This document shows positions 9,281 through 17,862 of a stretch of DNA of 64,000 nucleotides, piece after piece. Each line of letters begins with the position of its first letter. The stretch's first letter is position 1. Source of the stretch: a virus. The DNA lies in IMG/VR virus record IMGVR_UViG_3300042503_001430, positions 23,584-87,583 of that record; one strand, 5' to 3'. Below the pieces are notes generated by a model. The model was not told the DNA's origin, searched no databases, and saw nothing but the letters and a program-made list of their open reading frames with translations. The translations under genes were made by a program, and so were the position numbers.

Positions 9281-10348
9281 ATGTCACTACGAGATTTGCC
9301 TAAGTCATTAATTGATGCCGTCACTGAGGTGGTTTCTGATAGCGCACAGAAGCGTACTAAGCTTGCTAGTGATTTGCTTGCAGAAGGTCTTCGCAAATTT
9401 GGTGTGAAGCGTGAAGCTCAACTTAATGAAGCAGATCGAAAAGCTCTTCATGCGTGGGTTCAAATTAAGCTTGAAGAAGCTTCGTGCGGTTGTGGCGATG
9501 ATGTTGCTCAAGAAGACCATATGCCTGGTGATGAAGTTCTCTACAACAAAGATGGCAAAATCAAAAAGCAAATGGACGAAGACGAGCTTGCAGACAAAGA
9601 TCACGATGGTGACGGTGAGATCGAGTCTGGTACCGATGAGTATCTTGGTTCACGAGACAAAGCAATCAAAGCTGCCAAAAAAATTGTAACTGAAGCAAAA
9701 ATACATTCCAAATCTGATGTAAAAAAGTTGCTCAATACGCATTTTGGTAGCAAAGTGAAAATTACTGATTATGGACTTGGTTATGACGGTGAAGTATACT
9801 TTTCTTTTGAAGCTGAGAAAATCAACGGCTATGTGAGCGAAACTTTTTTGGGTAAAGACAAATGGGAAGCCGAGGTATCAAAAAACAAAACTCCTAATAA
9901 GGAAGTTAATGTGAGTGCTAAAACTCTTGATGAACTTCTCAAGAAACTGAAAACACACAAACTTAATGAAAATGTTAAGATTGGCGAAGAGTCTGATGAA
10001 GTTTCAGAAGAAGATGAAGTAGATTTGAACGAAAACTTAGCTATCGACGTTGAAGACTTGTCAACAAACGGTGCAGTAGCAGTTGGTGATGCTTCGATTG
10101 CAACACCAAAACATGCTGACGTTATTCGAGACACCGACCCATACACAAACACAACGCAGTATCGCATGTTGCTTCAGTTTGCAACAAATGAAGGTACTCG
10201 CATTTACCCACCAGTGAGCTTACCTGGTGCTCGCAGTGTTGCTGATTTGAGAACTCTTGTTGAGGGGTTGCCTGAGTTTAACGAAGCGGTTGATGCTGCT
10301 CTTGTTCATGCTTCTATGACAGCAGCAAATCAAGTTGATGATGCTTAA
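9281..10348 (+). CDS. Acidic putative head core/internal protein
   Basis: DKDHDGDGEIESGTDEYLGSRDKAIK module; repeated LNE/VTE|A motifs. Confidence 0.5.
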   Translation: MSLRDLPKSLIDAVTEVVSDSAQKRTKLASDLLAEGLRKFGVKREAQLNEADRKALHAWVQIKLEEASCGCGDDVAQEDHMPGDEVLYNKDGKIKKQMDEDELADKDHDGDGEIESGTDEYLGSRDKAIKAAKKIVTEAKIHSKSDVKKLLNTHFGSKVKITDYGLGYDGEVYFSFEAEKINGYVSETFLGKDKWEAEVSKNKTPNKEVNVSAKTLDELLKKLKTHKLNENVKIGEESDEVSEEDEVDLNENLAIDVEDLSTNGAVAVGDASIATPKHADVIRDTDPYTNTTQYRMLLQFATNEGTRIYPPVSLPGARSVADLRTLVEGLPEFNEAVDAALVHASMTAANQVDDA

Positions 10349-10353
10349 TTCTG

Positions 10354-10932
10354 ATGAAGACGTTTTTAGAATTTATCACTGAAGCTCCAGTTGCAGCACC
10401 AACACAAACTGCTCTTCCTGAGATTTACCTCGACATGGACGAAACCATCGTCGATTGGATGAAAGGTGCTAACAAAGCTCTTGTCGCTGCTGGCTACCCA
10501 GAGTGGAACAACTCGTTCTGGAATAAGTACAGCGAAGAAGAAGCTGATGTGATTCGTTGGGGTGTGCTAAATGACACCCCAAATTTTTGGGAAAACCTGG
10601 ACTTCATGCCAGATGGTAAAGCAATCTGGAACTTCGTGAAGAAGTACAAACCAAAGATTCTTAGTGCGTGTGGTAGCAAAGCTGGTAGCATTTGTCGTGA
10701 AGGTAAAATGCGCTGGTTGACTAAACATCTCGGCATGAACAACCTCAGTGGGGTTCATCTCGTGACACGCTCTGAAAAGAAGAAGTATGCGGTTGTAAAT
10801 GGTAGACCAACCATTTTGATTGATGACTACGACAAGAACTGTGTTGAGTACAAAGCTGCTGGTGGTATACCAGTCAAAGCTACAACTGGTTCTGAAGTCA
10901 TCTCAAAGCTGAAAAAGATTGGATTTAGATAA
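10354..10932 (+). CDS. CTS-bearing HAD phosphatase, 5'(3')-deoxyribonucleotidase-like
   Basis: MKTFLEFITEA; DMDET motif I, ILSA, LIDDY. Confidence 0.85.
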   Translation: MKTFLEFITEAPVAAPTQTALPEIYLDMDETIVDWMKGANKALVAAGYPEWNNSFWNKYSEEEADVIRWGVLNDTPNFWENLDFMPDGKAIWNFVKKYKPKILSACGSKAGSICREGKMRWLTKHLGMNNLSGVHLVTRSEKKKYAVVNGRPTILIDDYDKNCVEYKAAGGIPVKATTGSEVISKLKKIGFR

Positions 10933-10963
10933 ATAATCTCAGGTAACTAACACGGAGTCTCAC

Positions 10964-11857
10964 ATGCCACTTTGGGGTAAGAAAGATAAAACAGCAGATC
11001 GTCCAAAATTTGTACACGTAAATGCAGACGGCAGCATCAGGCAAGATGCTTCTGGTCGTAAGCTTGTGTTCTTAGATACTGCTGAATCTGCCGCAAATGC
11101 AGACAAAGGTGCTCAGGGTGCTGGTTGGTATCTTGTTCTCAAGACAGGCTCAGGCGAATCACAAAGAATTAGAATGGAGAAGATCGTGTCTATCTCAACC
11201 ACAAATGAGATTGGCATAAACACAGACGATCTTGCGATAGACTCTGTTCCTGTAGTTCAGAACTTTGTGTATCCTTCGAATGCTTCTGTATACACTGATG
11301 GTGCAGCAGGTGTTCCTGATCCTAACAATAGAGATGGCTGGTACTTCATTAATAATACCGCAGGTAAAAAGATCAACTGGTATTTCTTTGATGGTGCAGC
11401 TAATGATGTCAAGCTTGCAGACTTCTCTGCATATGCGGTTGTGACCATAGACTCAACATCGAATGACAATGCTCCATTCTTTGGGTTGTACACAACTCGA
11501 CAGAATGATGGTCAAGATGCTGCTGCGTGGTATCGTTCACGAATAGTTTACACAATACCTGGCAGTTTCACACCAGGCACAAAGTATTTGATTCATTTTG
11601 GTGCTGATCCTGAAGTTTATCCAGACTTGCCTAGACTTGTTCTCACGCCAGTTACGACCGCAGGTATAAATCGTGGTCCACGAGCTGGTACCGAGCGTGT
11701 GCTTACAGTAGCACTCAACACAAACTCATCATCTGCGGTAAATTCAGTCAAGCTTGTTGCTGAAGCTGTTGGTGTTTCGTCTAGTACATACAACGTAAAC
11801 ACCGAGCTTACTAACGATGATAGTCAAAGTATCGAAACTGATTCTGGACTTGAATAA
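10964..11857 (+). CDS. Putative virion protein (MPLWG N-terminus) with beta-rich C-terminal domain
   Basis: Late promoter at 10929; N-terminal domain paralogous to next gene. Confidence 0.55.
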   Translation: MPLWGKKDKTADRPKFVHVNADGSIRQDASGRKLVFLDTAESAANADKGAQGAGWYLVLKTGSGESQRIRMEKIVSISTTNEIGINTDDLAIDSVPVVQNFVYPSNASVYTDGAAGVPDPNNRDGWYFINNTAGKKINWYFFDGAANDVKLADFSAYAVVTIDSTSNDNAPFFGLYTTRQNDGQDAAAWYRSRIVYTIPGSFTPGTKYLIHFGADPEVYPDLPRLVLTPVTTAGINRGPRAGTERVLTVALNTNSSSAVNSVKLVAEAVGVSSSTYNVNTELTNDDSQSIETDSGLE

Positions 11858-11874
11858 TTAATAGAGGTAGTACT

Positions 11875-12180
11875 ATGTCACTTTGGGGTAAAACATACGA
11901 TAAGAAGCCAAAACACCTTACTCTAGCTGAAGATGGTGTTACAGTAGCTCATGATGCTTCTGGTAAGAAGCTCGTGTTGATTGATAGCGAAGAAGCTCTT
12001 GCAGCAGCAAACAAAGAGTTGGGCATCACATCACCAGGTTGGTATCTTGTTCAAAAGACGAATACTCGAACCAAGGTTGAGCTTTTGATTGCACTCGCAA
12101 GTGTTGATCGTCAAGAAGAAACTGAAGAAGAGATAGAGACCGAAACTGATTTGGGTATCACAGACCCAGACTCAGAATAA
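11875..12180 (+). CDS. Putative virion protein, paralogue of the preceding gene's N-terminal domain
   Basis: MSLWGK...DASGKKLV...GWYLV. Confidence 0.55.
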   Translation: MSLWGKTYDKKPKHLTLAEDGVTVAHDASGKKLVLIDSEEALAAANKELGITSPGWYLVQKTNTRTKVELLIALASVDRQEETEEEIETETDLGITDPDSE

Positions 12181-12194
12181 TCTGAGTTTTTATT

Positions 12195-12605
12195 ATGCTT
12201 TCATCGCATCATGATACTATGAATCAGCGATTGACTGAACAGAATTACATCATGTTTGCGATGAAGCACTATCAGAACCCCCAGTGTCTCAACATCGATG
12301 AATTTCACAACGACCTCAAGAGAATCAAATACATCAAGCGTCTGTTGAGTCGATATGTGGCTTCTGGCGAGTTAAAAGAACGTCTCATACTCAATCACCT
12401 CATCATTCTCTACAACTCATTTGGTGCTGAAGCAACCAAGCTCTTGTTCTTCAAGATAGACAAACAGTACTGGTCACAGCTCAAAACATTCTTGGTGTTT
12501 CTTCATTACATGCCAGAAGTTCTGCACCTTGTTGCAGACAAGCCGGTTCGTAGTACTGACATAGCTCTCGATCTATCAATCGTCGAAGTGTTGAGGAAGA
12601 TATGA
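12195..12605 (+). CDS. Conserved T4-like phage hypothetical protein
   Basis: FAMKHYQNPQC...EFHNDLKRIKYIKRLL...ERLILNHLIILYNSFG. Confidence 0.8.
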   Translation: MLSSHHDTMNQRLTEQNYIMFAMKHYQNPQCLNIDEFHNDLKRIKYIKRLLSRYVASGELKERLILNHLIILYNSFGAEATKLLFFKIDKQYWSQLKTFLVFLHYMPEVLHLVADKPVRSTDIALDLSIVEVLRKI

Positions 12606-12958
12606 AGTCATTTCGAACATTCTTATCTGAAGAGAAGCGCACGTTCAGTAAAGACCAAGCAAAACACATTGGCGATAAGCTCTCGGTTGACTGGTCAAAA
12701 GTTGACATAAACCAGTTCATTCTTGGATTGTCTGTCGAGTCTGAGCATGACGATGGTGGAAAACTTGATGTTGTGGATTCTGATGCTGACTTAGCCAAAA
12801 TTGTGTTAGCACATTTAAGAGAACTTCCAGATTATTATTCCAAGCTCAAAAAGGTGGAAGAAGAAGTTCCAGCAAATTCTATTTCGGGGAATGGAATTGC
12901 CGGTTTGAAAGAACCTATCGTTTTCCGAAAAAAGCGTTCCACTATTTCCAGACGTTAA
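12602..12958 (+). CDS. CTS-bearing DUF5661-like protein
   Basis: MKSFRTFLSEE; GLSVESEH...KIVLAHLRELPDYYSKL. Confidence 0.7.
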   Translation: MKSFRTFLSEEKRTFSKDQAKHIGDKLSVDWSKVDINQFILGLSVESEHDDGGKLDVVDSDADLAKIVLAHLRELPDYYSKLKKVEEEVPANSISGNGIAGLKEPIVFRKKRSTISRR

Positions 12959-13021
12959 AATTGTTGTTCTACGTTCATGTGTGTGCTACACTGTAATAAC
13001 AGTGGGGAAATAAATACTGCT

Positions 13022-13381
13022 ATGAGTGACGACGACAATAAAAATCCAGAAAACGAAATCAATGAGCTGACAGAAGACAAAAACCTTTTCGATGACTTGG
13101 GGCTTTCAGTACAACTCGGTGAAGTTGAGGTTGGTCAAATATACCCAATCTATGGACTGATTACTGAGTTTGTCAGTGAAGCGCCTGGAAATGTTGTCGT
13201 TAAGGTGAACGAAAACATTCAAGTGACAATGAACATAGAAGACCAAGACAAGATTGATGTTCTCAAGAACAGAAGCTTCGACCCTGGCATTTTCGTATGT
13301 ACGATCACTGAAGTTGATACGATCATCAAAGCTGAGTGCTCTACAGTAATTTTTGGCAAGAACAATAACACAATACAATAA
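13022..13381 (+). CDS. Hypothetical protein
   Basis: ATG 5 nt after late promoter 13010-13016. Confidence 0.65.
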   Translation: MSDDDNKNPENEINELTEDKNLFDDLGLSVQLGEVEVGQIYPIYGLITEFVSEAPGNVVVKVNENIQVTMNIEDQDKIDVLKNRSFDPGIFVCTITEVDTIIKAECSTVIFGKNNNTIQ

Positions 13382-13382
13382 C

Positions 13383-13724
13383 ATGGACATACAAGCAACA
13401 CGACTGGTAATAGATACACTTTCAACTACCGTAAACGAACTTGAGCTTTCGGTGATGCACGCCTATGAACAATTCGTTTCAAAATATGGTGTGGGTCACG
13501 AGCATGTGACACGTCTTGAGTCGTATTTTCCTGCTATTGATAAGCAGCGTGAGTACATCACTGAATTGGGTGTATGTATCGACACGAAAGACTTTGAGCG
13601 TTTTCATGACGTAGCTACTAAGGTGCGAGCTTTGTCTGAGCTTATCAAGAACGATGCGAAATCTCTGTTGTCGTATATGAGCACAGGTCAGCACGTCGAG
13701 TTTCAAGAAGAGCAGGTCCATTAA
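13383..13724 (+). CDS. Hypothetical helical protein
   Basis: Tightly packed ORF. Confidence 0.65.
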   Translation: MDIQATRLVIDTLSTTVNELELSVMHAYEQFVSKYGVGHEHVTRLESYFPAIDKQREYITELGVCIDTKDFERFHDVATKVRALSELIKNDAKSLLSYMSTGQHVEFQEEQVH

Positions 13725-13729
13725 AATTC

Positions 13730-14119
13730 ATGAGAGCGTTTTTTATTTTTAACAACCTAAAAGTAAATACGTTCACTCTTCAAGATGAGCCTTTTCCTGG
13801 TTTTGAACTGCTCACCTGGGAGCACGAGAGCTATGCTCACGGCACTTTGTGGGATATTGGATTTGATGCTGGCTATACACCAATAGGTATTACCAAAGTA
13901 CACGGTCAACTTTGGTTAGCTAATGATGTGCAACAAATATCAGAGCTTGAGTATTTCTTGGGTGTGCAATCTGGACTTACAGAACCCATGAATACGAAAA
14001 TATGTGTTCAAGACGATTTAGGAGTCGAACAGGTCACTGCAACGGTGTATAAATTACGTGAGATCAAAAGTGCGTATGACATCGTTTATGATGGAAAGTG
14101 GCTCATTAAGAGGTATTGA
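13730..14119 (+). CDS. Gamma-glutamylcyclotransferase (AIG2/GGCT)-like protein
   Basis: GTLWDIG..AGY...VHGQLW....ISELEYFLG...VTATVY pattern. Confidence 0.5.
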   Translation: MRAFFIFNNLKVNTFTLQDEPFPGFELLTWEHESYAHGTLWDIGFDAGYTPIGITKVHGQLWLANDVQQISELEYFLGVQSGLTEPMNTKICVQDDLGVEQVTATVYKLREIKSAYDIVYDGKWLIKRY

Positions 14120-14121
14120 TT

Positions 14122-14547
14122 ATGGACATTATGGCTTTTTTGACTGTTCTCTACAAGAACAGAATTGTCATAGGTATTGTTTCACTAGCGTTTGTGCTTC
14201 TCTCGTGCTTTGCATACTACAAGTACACCGTGGTTAAGATTGAGCTTCTTGAGCAAGAGAACGCACGACTTGTCGAAGAAGTTGAAGAGCAGAAGCGAGC
14301 GATTCAAACCCTCAAACAGAACTATGAAAACCTCGTCAAGACGAAAGATGATCTCTCTCGTGAGATCGAAGACATTCGAAGAGCAGAACAAGAAGAGATT
14401 GATCGAATAGCTCGTGAGCAACATAACAAGAAGTCTCTCGAAGAGCTTGCTCTCAAGAAGTCAAAGCTTGTAGAAAACGCTGTCAATCGTGCCACACAGA
14501 ATGTGTTTCGGTGCTTTGAGATTATTTCCCTTGGGGGTGACTGCTAA
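14122..14547 (+). CDS. Putative i-spanin (Rz-like)
   Basis: N-terminal TM, long coiled coil, C-terminal Cys; adjacent lipoprotein. Confidence 0.6.
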   Translation: MDIMAFLTVLYKNRIVIGIVSLAFVLLSCFAYYKYTVVKIELLEQENARLVEEVEEQKRAIQTLKQNYENLVKTKDDLSREIEDIRRAEQEEIDRIAREQHNKKSLEELALKKSKLVENAVNRATQNVFRCFEIISLGGDC

Positions 14548-14891
14548 TGAAAAAGCTTCTCATTACAACTGTACTTTTGCTTAGTGGGTGTGCTGCTTCG
14601 GTTGCACCAACACCAATAGACACCAAACCTCCACTCAACCTGCGTCCTGCTGAGCCGTTGAAGATGCGACCTGTCAAGCTACATGTCATTCACATGGGTA
14701 TTGCAGAGAAGAAGTTCGAAGAGATTAGAAAGAGTGGTGAAAAGCCCGTGGTATTTGCTCTGACAGGCACCGACTACAAGAACCTAGCGGTGAATGTGCA
14801 GAGGTTGAAAGCGTATATCAAAACACAGCAACGCATCATAAATGCATACAAGAAATATTACGAGGGTACTCAAAATGGCAACCAAAACTAA
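14547..14891 (+). CDS. Putative o-spanin lipoprotein (Rz1-like)
   Basis: Lipobox LLSGC, Pro-rich segment. Confidence 0.6.
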   Translation: MKKLLITTVLLLSGCAASVAPTPIDTKPPLNLRPAEPLKMRPVKLHVIHMGIAEKKFEEIRKSGEKPVVFALTGTDYKNLAVNVQRLKAYIKTQQRIINAYKKYYEGTQNGNQN

Positions 14892-15075
14892 GAAGACACG
14901 AAAATCGAAGAAGACTGAGAGTGTTGAGAGCGAGGTTGTTGCTGCTGTAGTTCAGCCAGTAAGACGGCGTTTGTTGCCACATAACATGGCACACGAAATC
15001 ATTCTTCTACAACAGCGTGTTGCTGAATTGGAGAAAAGGTTGAATTCTGCACTTGAGCAATTATCCACAAAATAG
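14875..15075 (+). CDS. Small basic/coiled-coil hypothetical protein
   Basis: MATKTKK...; ORF track. Confidence 0.5.
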   Translation: MATKTKKTRKSKKTESVESEVVAAVVQPVRRRLLPHNMAHEIILLQQRVAELEKRLNSALEQLSTK

Positions 15076-15118
15076 CAATTTTGTTGTGTTTGCTCGCTAG
15101 TTCTACTATACTAGCATC

Positions 15119-16132
15119 ATGTTACATATCGACATTAAGTACATCTGCCTTGTTGGTCCTAGTCTGAGAAACTTCAAGAAGAAGAAAGCTTCTCTGTATA
15201 ACTGCTCGTGTCCTGTTTGTGGTGACAGCGAAAAGAAGAAGTCAAAAGCACGTGGTTTCTTCTACCAGAAAGGTCAAGCGATGTTTTACAAATGCCATAA
15301 CTGCTCGACTGGTATGGGTGTGGGTACGTTCTTGAAGCAACTGTTTCCTTCTTTTCATAGTGAATATTTGCTTGAGAAGTACAAGTCTGGTGTTACTAAC
15401 AAAAAGACTGAAGAGAAAGTCAGTAAAGTTGTGAAGGTCAAGTTCTCAACTCTTACCAGCAAACATGCAACCAAAGTCAGTGAGCTTGAAGACGGCCATT
15501 TCGCAAAGCAGTATGTGATTAATCGCAAGATACCAGAGAAGTATCATGCAAAGATTTTCTTCACCGAAGATTTCGCAGCATTGGTTGATGATGTATTTCC
15601 TGGTAAGTATTCGAACCTATCTAAGAATGATGCACGTCTCGTCATACCATTCTTCGATGAGAATGATGGTGTGTTGGGTCTTCAGGGTAGAGCACTATTC
15701 GCAGAGGGTGGTCTTCGATACATCACCATACGAGCATCTTCAAACACCAATCTCGTATATGGACTAGAGCGTCTTGATGAGAAAGATACGGTGTATGTGG
15801 TTGAGGGTCCTATCGATAGCTTGTTCTTGCCAAACTGTCTTGCTGCTGCAAACTCTGACCTCAAGTCTGCTCTAGCAAAAATTGGAACATCAGTCGATGC
15901 AGTGTTGGTGTTCGATAATGAGCCAAGAAATAAAGAGATTGTTAGTTTGATGTCAGATGCAATTCAAGCTAACAAGAAAGTCTGTATCTGGCCGCAGAGT
16001 ATCACAGAGAAAGACATCAATGACATGGTGCTCGCAGGTCACACACCAGAGAGCATATTAGAGACGATTCGAGAAAGAACCTTTTCTGGATTGAGCGCAG
16101 AGCTTGAGCTTTCTCAGTGGAGAAAAGTATGA
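15119..16132 (+). CDS. 61: DNA primase gp61
   Basis: CPVCGDS...KARG...CHNC Zn finger, TOPRIM VVEGPIDSLF, FDNEPRN, KDINDM. Confidence 0.96.
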   Translation: MLHIDIKYICLVGPSLRNFKKKKASLYNCSCPVCGDSEKKKSKARGFFYQKGQAMFYKCHNCSTGMGVGTFLKQLFPSFHSEYLLEKYKSGVTNKKTEEKVSKVVKVKFSTLTSKHATKVSELEDGHFAKQYVINRKIPEKYHAKIFFTEDFAALVDDVFPGKYSNLSKNDARLVIPFFDENDGVLGLQGRALFAEGGLRYITIRASSNTNLVYGLERLDEKDTVYVVEGPIDSLFLPNCLAAANSDLKSALAKIGTSVDAVLVFDNEPRNKEIVSLMSDAIQANKKVCIWPQSITEKDINDMVLAGHTPESILETIRERTFSGLSAELELSQWRKV

Positions 16133-16392
16133 ACGACAAGCAGCTTGAGTTTCTGAAAGTGATGCCCGTAGGATATATGACACCATTTGCCGGCGATGTC
16201 ATACCCGATGGGTTCATGGAAGTTAATGGTCAGCGACTGATCAAGGGTGACAACATGAGACTGTTCAACATTCTTAGGGGTGTTGTTGTTGATGATGATG
16301 TGTACTTCGTGTTGCCAACAAAGCAAAAGCTATCTTCAATGTTCAATGGATTTGATCCACAAAAAAGCCGAATTATTATGAAGGTTCTCTAA
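16129..16392 (+). CDS. Stand-alone phage tail-collar-like domain
   Basis: PVGYMTPFAGDVIPDGFMEVNGQ...LFNIL...FVLP. Confidence 0.6.
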   Translation: MNDKQLEFLKVMPVGYMTPFAGDVIPDGFMEVNGQRLIKGDNMRLFNILRGVVVDDDVYFVLPTKQKLSSMFNGFDPQKSRIIMKVL

Positions 16393-16454
16393 TTCTGAGA
16401 CATCGAGCCGTTATATATACTTCTGTGGTATATGTAATAATCGCTTGATGTCTT

Positions 16455-17798
16455 ATGAAGAAAATTTGGTCTTCGCTAATACTCGCCCTATCAATTTTTG
16501 CATTTACCGTTCAATCACGAGATGTGCCTCTAAGTAAAGCCGATTATGCGGCAGTACAAGATGAAGAGCGTTTAACAAATGTTGCGTTTGCGACATTTAA
16601 CCTTACCGCACCAACATTCAACTGTGATGGTTTCATAGCAGCAACAGCACCACTCAGAGAAATTCACATCTCATTTTTGTACAACACATTCGGTAATGAT
16701 TTCTCTTGTCTTAACAGACTTCTTACAGACCCAAGAGTGAAGAGCTTGCAGGTACACTTAATCAATGAACCTGGTCACAGAAACAATCGACTCGGTAATT
16801 ATGAATTCTTGTATGGTGTTGGTTCGGTGAATGTCTGGAACAAGAAAATGGCAGCTCGTGACGCTGCATTGAAGTCTAAGTTGGCGCAGTATGTGATACC
16901 ACTTCAACAAAACTTAGCAGAAAACTTGCGTGATGATATTGAATTCTATGTGAGCCCTGGACTAGAGAGCAACCTTGGTGATCGTGCAGGTCGTGTTCTT
17001 GTTGCTTGGACTAGAGAGTTGTTCCCTGATGCTAGAATTGTATGGAACGCATATCGTGGTTCTCGAAACACGATCAAACCAACACGAGCAGATTTGATGG
17101 AAGGTCATGGTTTCTCGCCAGCACTTAAAGCGCCGTGTATCTACAACATGGACGGACTAGACGTTACTTACCCAAACCGACCAGCACTCGGTCAACTGAG
17201 CCACCAAGAGGGTGGAACAAAAAACTGGTTACAGAGTGGCACACCAATTTTTCAACAGATGGAAAAATATGCCAATCGTTGTGAGCTTTCGTTCTTGTGG
17301 ACTCAAGAGTCAAACGGTCTGAGCTATAAGAGTCGAGGGTTTGTTGATCCCAGAAAGAGAAATAACAACATACCAACCACAACATATCGCATGATCATGC
17401 GTGACATTATTCGAGTTCACAAGAGGGGTGTTGTATATTCAGAAAAAGTCGCATACACATCAGCACAGAGTGTAGTGGAGAATACCTGTGCGGTATTGAC
17501 CGACAAATTTGAAGATGGTGATAAGAATGGTAATTTACTCAAGCAGTCTGAATTCAGAGAAAGAGGTGGAGTTTTGATTTTGAAGAGAGAGTATTCTTCG
17601 GTGTCAAGTGTAAAGTTGGTGTATGAGAATTCAGTTATTGACACATATGAGAACACAGGTGCATACAAAGATGGCAGAGCACTATTCAGATCACGACGAT
17701 CACCAACCACATATCCATTACACACTTACCTTGTGTTCAATTTCCGAGGTAAGAGAAATTGTTACAAAATACCAAATCCTCGCATTAGACTTGACTAA
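16455..17798 (+). CDS. Secreted protein of unknown function (signal peptide)
   Basis: MKKIWSSLILALSIFAFTVQS signal; 447 aa. Confidence 0.7.
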   Translation: MKKIWSSLILALSIFAFTVQSRDVPLSKADYAAVQDEERLTNVAFATFNLTAPTFNCDGFIAATAPLREIHISFLYNTFGNDFSCLNRLLTDPRVKSLQVHLINEPGHRNNRLGNYEFLYGVGSVNVWNKKMAARDAALKSKLAQYVIPLQQNLAENLRDDIEFYVSPGLESNLGDRAGRVLVAWTRELFPDARIVWNAYRGSRNTIKPTRADLMEGHGFSPALKAPCIYNMDGLDVTYPNRPALGQLSHQEGGTKNWLQSGTPIFQQMEKYANRCELSFLWTQESNGLSYKSRGFVDPRKRNNNIPTTTYRMIMRDIIRVHKRGVVYSEKVAYTSAQSVVENTCAVLTDKFEDGDKNGNLLKQSEFRERGGVLILKREYSSVSSVKLVYENSVIDTYENTGAYKDGRALFRSRRSPTTYPLHTYLVFNFRGKRNCYKIPNPRIRLD

Positions 17799-17820
17799 AC
17801 AATTTCTTGTTCTGTATACT
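17791..17820 (+). promoter_or_regulatory. Sigma70-like promoter for RNR
   Basis: TTGACT-18-TATACT with extended TG. Confidence 0.65.
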
Positions 17821-17862
17821 TAATTCTGATATAGTCATTCACATCTTGATGACATTAAAGGA

